Virus record (IMG/VR): IMGVR_UViG_3300042009_000023
Span: 1-64,000 of that record
Direction: 5' to 3' (one strand)
DNA from: a virus
Taxonomy: Duplodnaviria; Caudoviricetes
Length of the DNA: 64,000 nt
Shown here: in pieces, positions 28,037 through 37,376 of the stretch
Layout of the letters: the number at the start of each line of letters is the position of its first letter
Numbering within the stretch: the first letter of the stretch is position 1
Program-made: the position numbers and the translations under genes
The notes under the pieces: model-generated
What the model saw: only the letters and a program-made list of their open reading frames with translations
What the model was told of the DNA's origin: nothing
Database searches by the model: none

Positions 28037-28956
28037 CAGACACTAAAAAGAAAAAGCCCCATCTTGCTTTGACACACAAAGCTTTGCAAGGTGGTAGTGC
28101 TAATGGACGTAATGTATCTCTACTCATGAAAAGTGATGTTGAGATTACCGAAGAAATTACCAAGTCTCTTGAAGCTCTTGGGATTAATAAATCAATGTTC
28201 GCATCCAAAGTTAATGAATTGCTGAATGGTGCAATTCGTGAAGCATATGGTGATGATGATCATTGGCTTTATGTAGAAGATTATGATGATTCTATTGTTC
28301 TCTTCTGTAAAGAGGAAGGTTTGTTCTCTGTAACCTATTCTCTCGTAGATGGACAAGTTACCCTAAGTGACTTAGCCAAACCTGTTTCACGGGTAATTAC
28401 TTATGAACCTGTGACTGGGGATATGCTTCTGTCTGAAGACGCGGAAGATAAACTAGAAGAAGGAATCTATAGCCTTGTAACTAAAGCCCTTCAAAATAAA
28501 TCCACAAAAGAACATCTTGTTGAGATGTTTAAAGCACAAGAACTTAAAAAGTCTGAGGTAGAAATTTTGGAACAAGAAATTAAGAAAGCAGTTGATGCTG
28601 CTGAAGCAATTCTCAAAGCCCAGCTTGTAGAAAAAGAAGCTGACCTGACTAAAGCACTTGAAGAAGTTGCTGTATTCAAAGCTGAGAAACTTGAAGTAGT
28701 TGCTAAAGCTCGTAAAGAGAAACTGGCTGCTCTTGGTAGTGATGAAGAAGCTGAAGCTCTGTACAAAGCAACTGAGTCGCTAGCTGATGAAGCATTTGAA
28801 GTAATGCTGAAAGCTCTGGGTGCTAAATCCAAAGTAGAGAAAGAATCCGATCTCTTCAAAGAGAAAGGCGTAAGCGGTGAAGGTGAACCGAAGAAACAAG
28901 AAGAAGCTGGTCTGAATCTTGTTGGTGAACTTATTAACAAAAGTAAAAAACAATAA
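28033..28956 (+). CDS. scaffolding protein
   Basis: Long Glu/Lys/Ala coiled coil between protease and capsid genes. Confidence 0.7.
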   Translation: MTDTKKKKPHLALTHKALQGGSANGRNVSLLMKSDVEITEEITKSLEALGINKSMFASKVNELLNGAIREAYGDDDHWLYVEDYDDSIVLFCKEEGLFSVTYSLVDGQVTLSDLAKPVSRVITYEPVTGDMLLSEDAEDKLEEGIYSLVTKALQNKSTKEHLVEMFKAQELKKSEVEILEQEIKKAVDAAEAILKAQLVEKEADLTKALEEVAVFKAEKLEVVAKARKEKLAALGSDEEAEALYKATESLADEAFEVMLKALGAKSKVEKESDLFKEKGVSGEGEPKKQEEAGLNLVGELINKSKKQ

Positions 28957-28998
28957 TATTGTTTATCAATAAAATCCTAGCTAGGAGTTTCAAATAAT

Positions 28999-29397
28999 AT
29001 GGCTGCAATTGACACTCGCTCTACTCGCCTCGGCGCTGTACTGCAATATGAAGAACATCCAGAATACGGCTACTGCCGCAAGGTTGTTACCGTTACCGAA
29101 GCTTCGGAAGTTGTGTATGAAATCGGTCGCGTAATTGGCGATGATCTCGACACCTTCCAAGATACTGATAACTTTGTTGGTATTTACATCGGTAGCCCTA
29201 CTGGCGACAACAAGCAAACTATCGCTGCTGCAACCGCAACTGATGTAGTTGTTCTGTTCCGTGGCCCGGCTGGTGTAGGTAAAGCAAATCTGGTCTTTGG
29301 TTCAACTGTAAACGACGCACCAAAGCTTGCTACTGCACATGCTGCAATCGAAGCTGCTGGTATTCAGCTGATTGACCAACCTGAACAATTCGCGTAA
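28999..29397 (+). CDS. head decoration protein
   Basis: Immediately upstream of the major capsid gene; VVVLFRGPA motif. Confidence 0.7.
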   Translation: MAAIDTRSTRLGAVLQYEEHPEYGYCRKVVTVTEASEVVYEIGRVIGDDLDTFQDTDNFVGIYIGSPTGDNKQTIAAATATDVVVLFRGPAGVGKANLVFGSTVNDAPKLATAHAAIEAAGIQLIDQPEQFA

Positions 29398-29410
29398 GGA
29401 ATAATAAATA

Positions 29411-30454
29411 ATGGCAACTGTTCGCAGCTATGGTAATGGCTTTCAACTTACCGAATGGACCGAAGAAATCAACAACATCGACAATCAAGCTGGTTTGATT
29501 GGCGGTATGAATCTGTTCCGTACTCAGGGTACTTCGCAAACTGCTATTGTCTTTGACAAGAGCATGAACGACACCACTCTGCTCCCACAAGTATCCCGTC
29601 GCAGCCGTGAGACCACTAAAGGCAATGACCGTCAAGTAGAGACTTTCTCTCTGCCTTTGGCTTACTTCAAGCACAGCGACTACATCACCCCTGAAGATAT
29701 TCAAGGCTGGCGTATGCCGGGCACCCCAGACGCTCCTGAGCAACTGGCCCGTGTTCGTGTACAAAAACTCACCGACATGAAAGCCCAAGTAGAGCAATCG
29801 CTTGAGTACATGAAGCTTCAAGCAGCTAAAGGGATCATGAAGACCCCAGACGGTGCTGTAATTGCCAACATGTTCACCGAGTTTGGTGTTACTCAGGAAG
29901 TGATTGACTTTGATCTTGGTGATGCAACTACCGATATCAACGCTAAAATCTCCCAACTGAAGCGCTTTCTGCAAACCAACCTGAAAACTGGTTCCGCTAT
30001 TGGTGGTGGTATTCGTGTTGTTGTAGATGGTAGCTTCTTCGACAAACTGGTTAGTCACCCACAGATTCGCCAAGCCTATCTGTACTACTCTTCGCAAGTA
30101 GAGATTAACCGTAACAGCACCAACCAGTTCATGGCTTGGGGCTCTGTTGATCAGTTCACCTACAAAGGTGTTACTTTCATCACTTACGATCACATCTTTA
30201 AACTGCCTAACGATACCACCGAAGTAGCCGTTGCTGCTGACACTGGCCACGTGATCCCAGTTGTGAATGATCTGTTCCGTGGTTACTACGGCCCAAGCAA
30301 CAAGCTTGGTGGTGCAAACAGCGTAGGTCGTGAAATGTTCGCCTATGAGTTCACCGATCCTAAAGACGAGTTCCACGAAATGCAAGTTGAGACTTCTCCT
30401 CTGTACTTCGTAACTCAGCCACAAGTACTGGTGAAATTGATTTCTTCGACTTAA
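29411..30454 (+). CDS. major capsid protein (lambda gpE-like)
   Basis: 347 aa, strong codon bias, position, terminal ETSPL...QPQVLVK motif. Confidence 0.9.
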   Translation: MATVRSYGNGFQLTEWTEEINNIDNQAGLIGGMNLFRTQGTSQTAIVFDKSMNDTTLLPQVSRRSRETTKGNDRQVETFSLPLAYFKHSDYITPEDIQGWRMPGTPDAPEQLARVRVQKLTDMKAQVEQSLEYMKLQAAKGIMKTPDGAVIANMFTEFGVTQEVIDFDLGDATTDINAKISQLKRFLQTNLKTGSAIGGGIRVVVDGSFFDKLVSHPQIRQAYLYYSSQVEINRNSTNQFMAWGSVDQFTYKGVTFITYDHIFKLPNDTTEVAVAADTGHVIPVVNDLFRGYYGPSNKLGGANSVGREMFAYEFTDPKDEFHEMQVETSPLYFVTQPQVLVKLISST

Positions 30455-30467
30455 TAGTCAATAGAAA

Positions 30468-30495
30468 GGGGTTCTGAAAGGAACCCCATACAATT
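30468..30495 (+). terminator. hairpin terminator after the capsid gene
   Basis: GGGGTTC-TGAAAG-GAACCCC. Confidence 0.65.
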
Positions 30496-30515
30496 TTACA
30501 GATTAGGAGTATAAA

Positions 30516-30860
30516 ATGGCTATTACAAAAACAAGTATCCAAGAGCGTGCTTGGGGCGATGTGTTTGACGTTATTGATCGTGTAGCAACAGAAATTGATG
30601 CAGGTGGTGCTTCGGTACAAGCTGCTGATATTACTGACTCTACTGCTATTGGTCGCACTGTTCTTACCGCTGCTGATGCAAGTGCTGTACGTACCGCTAT
30701 TGGTACTGTTGCTGCAACTACCGCAGTAGCTGGTATTGTAAAGCAAATTACTTTCACTGCCCAACAGACCCCAGATTTTGCGGATTTGGCAGCAGTTACT
30801 GTAGCTTACAATGCTTTGCTTACCAAGTTCATCACTGCTGGCTTGATGCCCGCTGCTTAA
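30516..30860 (+). CDS. head fibre / capsid accessory protein
   Basis: ITDSTAIGRTVLTAADASAVRTAIG and AYNALLTK motifs; Ala/Thr-rich. Confidence 0.6.
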   Translation: MAITKTSIQERAWGDVFDVIDRVATEIDAGGASVQAADITDSTAIGRTVLTAADASAVRTAIGTVAATTAVAGIVKQITFTAQQTPDFADLAAVTVAYNALLTKFITAGLMPAA

Positions 30861-30864
30861 AATT

Positions 30865-30895
30865 AGGGCAGCTTGTCTGCCCTCCTTTACTTTAT
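30865..30895 (+). terminator. Rho-independent terminator
   Basis: AGGGCAG-CTTGT-CTGCCCT followed by T-rich tail. Confidence 0.7.
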
Positions 30896-30906
30896 AAGGA
30901 GGCTGC

Positions 30907-32803
30907 ATGGCGCTTACGCCCGTAGAAACTGTAAAGATTATCGTTGGTGACGTAGTGGGCAACCCTCTCTATCCAATTCTTGACGATGATACTTATGACT
31001 ATCTATTAGAAACAACTAATGGTGATATTTGGCAAGCTGCAATCAAAGCTGCGATTATCATTTCATTACGAATTGCAAGTTACCCTACTCGTGAAAAGGC
31101 GGGGAATTATGAAGTATGGAACACTTACTCAACTTCGTATCTAGCAGCACTTACAAACATCATCAAGACTCCAGCAAGTCTTCTCTCTACCAAGATTATC
31201 CCATATGCGGGTGGTATTAGTAAGCAAGACATGTTCTTGAATGATAGCAACCAAGACAACAACATCCAGACCATCTATCAAGGATTTGATAAAGGTCAAA
31301 AACCTTATAATCATGGTAACTCCACAAGAGACGCCTCCACCTTCTTCGGCATTGACTCAGCTATACAGTTTGTAGGTTGGGACTTGGATGAGTTTGAAGA
31401 TGTTTAAGCTTAAGGTTGATAAGTCAGCTTGGGTTAAAATGAAGAGGGATCTTCTCAAGGGAAACCAAGAAGAGCTTAGAGTGGGTATTGTTGAACCAAC
31501 ATATTATGGTTCTGATAATGACAACCTCTCTGTAGCTCAGGTTTGGCAGTGGAACGAGGAAGGTCAACCAGCTAATAACATTCCCACTCGACCTGCTATC
31601 AGGGTTGGTTTTATGGCTCCAATTAAAAAAGGACTTTACGACTCTTATTTTGTTGAAAGTATTCAGCGAATTGCTGAGGGGAAAAGCACCTTCAAACAAG
31701 AGTACACGAGACTTGGTGCCATTGCTAAGGTTGACTTGAAAGAGGCTGTTGAGCAGTGGGATTCCCCACGAAATGCTCCAATGACGGTTGAACTTAAGGG
31801 CTTTGACAACCCACTGATTGATACAGGTCTTCTGTATGATTCCATTGACTTTAAAGTAGAAAAGAAAGGAGCTAACTAATGTCTATTGCACAATTCTCGT
31901 TAGTTAAGAAAGTTCCTGTAACTATCCTACGTCATGCAGCAGGTTCGTATGTAGAAGGTGAATGGACAGAGGGTGCCGAAACATCTGTGGGCATCCAAGC
32001 TAACGTCCAACCCTTCTCCGACTATCAAGTAAGTATTATGCCTGAATCTGACAGAACTAAAAGCTGGGTGTGGTTGTTCACATCGTCAGAAGTTCGTCAG
32101 AAGAAAGAGGGAACTAGTGGATACGGCGGCGATAGATTTGTGTGGGAAGGTGATTTGTACGAAGTCATGAAAGTCCAAACCTACACCATGACTGTCCAAG
32201 ATCACAGAGAATGCAAATGTGCTCGTATAGAATTAACCCCAAACTAAGGAGTACATTAAGCCTATGTCAGTGTACTCAGATGTAAGGGCTGGTATCCGTA
32301 AAGGTGCCTTAGCAGCCCTTTCAGAATTTACAGATCCTATCGTGATTTTCAGTCATAATAATGGCACAGAACCTGCTGAGAGTTATGTTGTTGTGAATGT
32401 TCTTAGTATTGAACAACAAGGGCATCATAGTACTTCTACTCTCTTGAATGAAACTACTGAAACACAAACTATTCAGGCAAGCTATGAAGTGTTTGTGCAG
32501 TTTAGTTTTGTAGGAAGTCTTAGTGGAGATATGTCCCAAAGCTTTACTCAAAGAATTAATAACAACTGCTTTGTCTTTGAAGAGCTTGGGAGAAACAAAC
32601 TAGGAGTTATGAGGAAGAGTCAGATTCGTCGGGCTCCTCAGAAAAGAGACACTCAGTGGGTTGAGTATCACAACATGGACGCTTATTTCTCATACACAGT
32701 AGTTACAACACAAGAAATAGATTTGATTGAGGCCGTTATCGTTGAGAATCAAACTGAGCCGAGTGTCTTTAGAGTTCCAGAAGGTCCAATCCCTGAGTAT
32801 TAA
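30907..32803 (+). CDS. neck/head-tail joining genes: adaptor 30907-31407, HK97 gp10-like 31388-31879, head closure 31879-32247, tail terminator 32264-32803
   Basis: Position between capsid and sheath; PYAGGIS motif (adaptor); PLIDTG motif (gp10-like). Confidence 0.7.
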
Positions 32804-32889
32804 GTAACAGAAGGCATTCGTATGCCGCAATATAAATAAAGTCTAATTAAGGATTAACGAATGTCTTTTCAAACAAGTGAGGTAGCCGC

Positions 32890-34176
32890 ATGAGCGAGCT
32901 TGACCAAATAATTTCTATCACGCTGACCCGTGAATCAACTCCAGTTGCTGTTGCGAGTTTCCAGATTCCTCTGGTCCTTGCAGCCTTCACTAATTTCTCA
33001 GAACGTACTCGCACCTATACAGATTTTAGTGCAGTGACTGACGATTTCAATTCTGGTAGTTCAGTTTATACAATTGCCCAAAAGCTGTTTGGTCAGTCCA
33101 CTGTTGGTGCTGTTCCTCCAAGCATTGTGGTTGGTCGTCGTCAAGTAGACGAAGTAACACTCACCCCGGTTGTGGCAAACAGCACAGCGTACAATGTAAC
33201 AATTGACGGTGTACTCTACACCTATACCTCTGACGCAAGCGCTACAGCAGCAGAGATTACTGCCGGTTTGGATACTGCAATTGGTAGCCCAACAGGCATC
33301 ACTGTTACGGATAACACCGGTACACTGACTGTAGAAGTTACCACTCCCGGCACTGCTTGGAGCATCTTGGTTTCCTCCAATCTTACTCAAGTGAATACTG
33401 CACCAACTGAAACTTGGGCAGACGCTCTTGATGCAGTCAGCGATGACAATGATGTTTGGTATGCTCTGGTTGCAGAAACCCATACCTCTGCTGATGTGCA
33501 AGCACTGAGTGCAGCTATCCAAGCACGTCGTAAGATCTTTGGCACTTCTAGTCAAGACACTGTTGTTCCTACAACTGGCACCACTGATATTGCGTACATT
33601 CTGGACTCGATCAGTGCTGGCCGTACTTATGGTGTTTACCTTCCTACAGCAGATGCTGAATATCCAGAAGCTGTTTGGATGGGTAGTCAACTTGCATACA
33701 CTCCGGGTTCCAATGACTGGGACTTCAAACGTGGTGTTGGTGCAACTGTAAGTAAGCTTAATGATACTGCTCGTGTAAATCTTCGTGCCAAAAACATGAA
33801 TATGTACACCACTGTCGGCGGTGTGAACGTATTCCAAGACGGCAATATGTTTGATGGTACTCCGATTGACCAAGTGATTGTAGAAGACTGGCTTTATGCA
33901 CGACTTCAGGAACAAATTTATTTCCGTCTAGTTAACACTTTGAAAGTACCAATGACTAATGCTGGTTTGGTTATCATTGAAAACGAAATTCGTTCCGTAC
34001 TCTCTCAAGCTGAAGCTAATGGTGCAATTGACCGGGGCTGGAGCGTTACAGTTCCTGATGTATTGGATATCCCAGTTACCCTTCGCGCTCTCCGTACTGC
34101 TGGTGTATTCCAGTTCCGTGTACGTTTGGCAGGAAGTATCCGCAAAGTTATCATCAACGGGTTCTTAGCTGTGTAG
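32890..34176 (+). CDS. tail sheath protein (DUF3383-like)
   Basis: MSELDQIISI..TRE, WYAL, PGSNDWDFK, WLYARLQE, LAGSIRKV.I.G motifs; indicates a contractile tail. Confidence 0.9.
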   Translation: MSELDQIISITLTRESTPVAVASFQIPLVLAAFTNFSERTRTYTDFSAVTDDFNSGSSVYTIAQKLFGQSTVGAVPPSIVVGRRQVDEVTLTPVVANSTAYNVTIDGVLYTYTSDASATAAEITAGLDTAIGSPTGITVTDNTGTLTVEVTTPGTAWSILVSSNLTQVNTAPTETWADALDAVSDDNDVWYALVAETHTSADVQALSAAIQARRKIFGTSSQDTVVPTTGTTDIAYILDSISAGRTYGVYLPTADAEYPEAVWMGSQLAYTPGSNDWDFKRGVGATVSKLNDTARVNLRAKNMNMYTTVGGVNVFQDGNMFDGTPIDQVIVEDWLYARLQEQIYFRLVNTLKVPMTNAGLVIIENEIRSVLSQAEANGAIDRGWSVTVPDVLDIPVTLRALRTAGVFQFRVRLAGSIRKVIINGFLAV

Positions 34177-34199
34177 TAATAAAAGAGTCTCTTACAGTA

Positions 34200-34258
34200 T
34201 TGACAAATCAAACACCTCCGTGATAGAATTTACGTTCATCAATTAAAGGGGTGTTTGA
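34200..34258 (+). promoter_or_regulatory. sigma70 promoter plus an RBS-sequestering inverted repeat
   Basis: TTGACA-18 nt-TAGAAT with extended -10 TG; TCAAACACCTC (34208-34218) pairs with GGGGTGTTTGA (34248-34258). Confidence 0.7.
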
Positions 34259-34259
34259 A

Positions 34260-35180
34260 ATGAATATAGATTGTGAAGTATCTATTGGACAGAGATTCAA
34301 TCGTTGGAAGGTTACGTCTGATATCTACTATAAGACTTTTTCTGGCGGATCTAAAGCTAAGTTCGTAGACTGCATTTGTGAGTGTGGAACTGAAAAGTCT
34401 TTAAGGTTAGGAGCTTTGACTAGCCCAACCTCTCCCAGTTTCTCCTGTGGTTGCTACCAGCGTGAGATGACAAAACTTAAAAACACCGGCGCTCTTAATA
34501 TTGGAGACACTTACGGCAGGTTGGAAGTTTTGGAAAATCTTGGGATGTTCTATGATGAAGGTAAAGCTGCAAGAAACATGACTCTTGTTTTGTGTTCTTG
34601 TGGAGAGTCAAACCCTTTCCAAGTAAGACAACAAGCGCTAGTTTCAGGAAATACAAAGTCTTGTGGGTGTTTGCAAAAAGAAATTGTATCTGATTACGCG
34701 AAGACACACGGAATGTCCAATACGTCGGCATATGGATCTTGGCAAAAACTTCGTTACCGTTGTGATAGTCCCAAAGATCCTAGGTGGGATCGATACGGAG
34801 GTCGTGGTATTTCTTACCCTGTGGAATGGAATACATTTCAGGCATTTTGGGAAGATATGTCCGAAGGTTGGTTTGAGGGTGCGGATATTGATCGTATAGA
34901 TTTTGATGGTAACTACTGTAAAGAAAATTGCCGGTGGGTTAACCGAGACATTGGTAACCATAATAAATCTAAACCTCAAGATTGTACATCCCTCTATAAA
35001 GGAGTTTATTACGACAAGGCTCGTGATAAGTGGGTGGCCCGTATTAATCGAAATAGCATTGTATACCTTCAAAAAAGATTTGAAACAGAACTAGAAGCTG
35101 CACTTGCTTATGATAATGTTTCTGAAGAGATTTATGGGGATCGTCCCAATAGTACACTAAGGGAGCAATCCCGTAATTAA
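34260..35180 (+). CDS. HNH-AP2 homing endonuclease inserted between sheath and tube genes
   Basis: C.CECG...SCGC repeats, YGGRGIS, IDRIDFDGNYCKENCRW, TSLYKGVYYDK; probable ATG at 34260. Confidence 0.85.
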   Translation: MNIDCEVSIGQRFNRWKVTSDIYYKTFSGGSKAKFVDCICECGTEKSLRLGALTSPTSPSFSCGCYQREMTKLKNTGALNIGDTYGRLEVLENLGMFYDEGKAARNMTLVLCSCGESNPFQVRQQALVSGNTKSCGCLQKEIVSDYAKTHGMSNTSAYGSWQKLRYRCDSPKDPRWDRYGGRGISYPVEWNTFQAFWEDMSEGWFEGADIDRIDFDGNYCKENCRWVNRDIGNHNKSKPQDCTSLYKGVYYDKARDKWVARINRNSIVYLQKRFETELEAALAYDNVSEEIYGDRPNSTLREQSRN

Positions 35181-35191
35181 AGGTAAATTAT

Positions 35192-36766
35192 ATGGCAGAT
35201 GCTCTGCTTGGCAACTATTCTCCAGAATCAGTTGTTGTTGTATTAAGTAAAGGCGACTTCTTACACACAATTCAAGGTTATGCTGATGGCACTTTCCTGA
35301 ATATTAGCCGTATTACCCCAGCCTCCGAACTTTATGTCGGAAGTGACTTGTCAGCCGGGAGGGTTAAACGTCGTAATAAAGCTTCAACCATTGCACTAAC
35401 ACTCCATCAGTTCAGTCCATCAAACTCTGTACTGCAAGCCCTTCAGCGAGCAGATGAAGAAGACGATTCAGACCGTTGGGTGGTAGCTATGACAATCAAG
35501 GATAACAGCGGCACAACCCTGTTCTCCAGTAATCAGGCTTTTATTGCAACTATTCCAGATACAAGCCTCTCAAGCACTACTGAAACTCGTGACTGGACAT
35601 TCCAAGCGGTTAGCCTCAACTCCAATGTTGGTAGTAATACCCGCTTTGACCAAGCTGAAGTTGCAGCAATGGAAGCTCTTGGTGCTGAAGTACCTACTCG
35701 TTGGCAGTTGTAAGTAATAATATTGAGGGTAATGAACTTACCCTCTTTCCACCAAGGAATATTAAATGACTCAATTAGCTACTTATATTCCAGAGGAAGT
35801 TAACGTTCTGATTGGTGGGTTGCTTCCAATATCTGGTTTTGTAGATGGAACTTTCTTAGAAGTTCGTAAAGATATTATTCCCTTCACTTCTACCAGAACA
35901 CCAGATGGAACTGTTGCACGACTCTATAATAATGACCAAACCTATACAATTACACTAACGCTTTATAGTGGTAGTGATTCAAATGATGTACTAACTAAAT
36001 TCTGGCAGTTAGATGAGATTACCCAGCGTGGTAAATTTCCTCTCATGATACGTGATTCTAGTGGTAGTGACATGTTCTTCTCAACCACCACATGGATTGA
36101 ATCCCCAGCTTCTATTGTTAAAAGTAATAACTTTGACAGTCGTACTTGGGTGTTAAGATCCTCACAAGCAGTTATCAACATCGGTGGTAACGGGGATGCA
36201 GCTTCTATTCTCGGAAGCTTGGTTAATCTTGCAATCTCAGCAATCCCAACTATTGAGGGTATTATCTAATGGCTAATACCTTTGACGTGAAGACGTATAG
36301 TCCTTCCGAAGTCCAGTTGGTTATTGGTGGGTATCAAGTTACTGGCTGGCAATCAATTAGTATTACCAGATCAGTTAAAGGGTTCACCGTAGTTCGTGGT
36401 ATCCGTGGTAAGAACACTCGTGTACCCAATCGTGATACATCAGCAACACTTACTTTTCCTATTCTTCAGTCCTCACAAAGTAATGATGTATTGTCTTACA
36501 TTCATGAGCTTGACTTAGAAGAAGGGACTGCAAGGATTGCACTAACACTTAAAGACAACTCTGGTCGTTCCGTATTTAACTCCAACGAAGCTTTTATTAT
36601 TGGCTACCCTTCGGCCACCTTCTCTGGACAGTTTGAATATAGAAACTGGGAAATCTTTTGTCAAACAACCGATACGTTCAAGGTTTATGGGAACTCCCGG
36701 CCCAGTACTTCGTTGTTTGACGGTGCTTTGAATGAAGCTACTAGCTTTGTTGAAGGTTTGTTTTAA
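35192..36766 (+). CDS. three paralogous tail-tube-like proteins (35192-35713, 35766-36269, 36269-36766)
   Basis: Shared NYSPESV/TYIPEEV/TYSPSEV starts and S.SN.VL motif. Confidence 0.75.
35725..35750 (+). terminator. terminator after the first tube gene
   Basis: GAGGGTAA-TGAAC-TTACCCTC-TTT. Confidence 0.65.
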
Positions 36767-36787
36767 TTTAATTCTGAGATAAAATAA

Positions 36788-37362
36788 ATGGCAGCTCCAA
36801 AATTTGAAGTACTTGAACAAACAACTATTACAGTTGACGATATTGATTACCTTGTAACAGCAATGCCTGCAACTAAAGGTTTGATGTTTATTGAAAAGCA
36901 TCAGGCAGCTATTGATGAAGGTAAGGCTGACCTTAGTCAGATGAAACAAATCATCTGCAACTATGTCTCCAAAGAGAATATGCAAATCACTGAAAAGTCT
37001 TTTGATGTATTCTTCTCCCGGAAGTATGCACACCTCAATAAGCTTTACAAAGAGGTGCTGAATTTTAACTTCGAAGAACTTTTTCAGGCACCCGGTACAG
37101 AAGAGTAATTGATAAGTCTGTGTCGGGAGGAACAACAGTTCCAACACCGTTAGAAAAAGAAATTGATAAGACTTTCTCTCAGCACTGGAGCATCTACAGG
37201 ATTGCCATGCATGAGAAAGGTGGTCTTGAGTTAGCTGTTGAGATGGAGTGGAAATATTCTACACGGCAAATGCTGAAACTCCTTGAATTCCTTGATGTGT
37301 ACGATGCTTTAAGTAAGCAAGCATTTGATAAAGCTAAAGCTGATAAAAATAAACCGAAATGA
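36788..37362 (+). CDS. tail assembly chaperone pair (36788-37108 and -1 frame 37069-37362), probable frameshift product
   Basis: Directly upstream of the tape measure gene; the second frame is -1 and open across CTTTTTC at 37079-37085. Confidence 0.65.
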
Positions 37363-37376
37363 CGGAGTAAAATAGT

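Noticed and set aside
29330-30424. 364-aa minus-strand ORF
   Set aside because: Antisense shadow of the codon-biased major capsid gene; no RBS or motif.
31388-31879. Possible 'RNA polymerase' label sometimes given to this gene type
   Set aside because: 163 aa, no polymerase motifs, and located among neck genes; it fits an HK97 gp10-like protein.
32832-32839. T4-like late promoter TATAAATA
   Set aside because: It occurs before the sheath gene but not consistently before other late genes; expected by chance in AT-rich DNA, and no gp55-like sigma factor is seen in the window.
33061-33915. 284-aa minus-strand ORF (and similar shadows at 28491-28940, 30360-30962, 36542-37147)
   Set aside because: Antisense to well-supported structural genes; composition reflects the opposite-strand codon bias.
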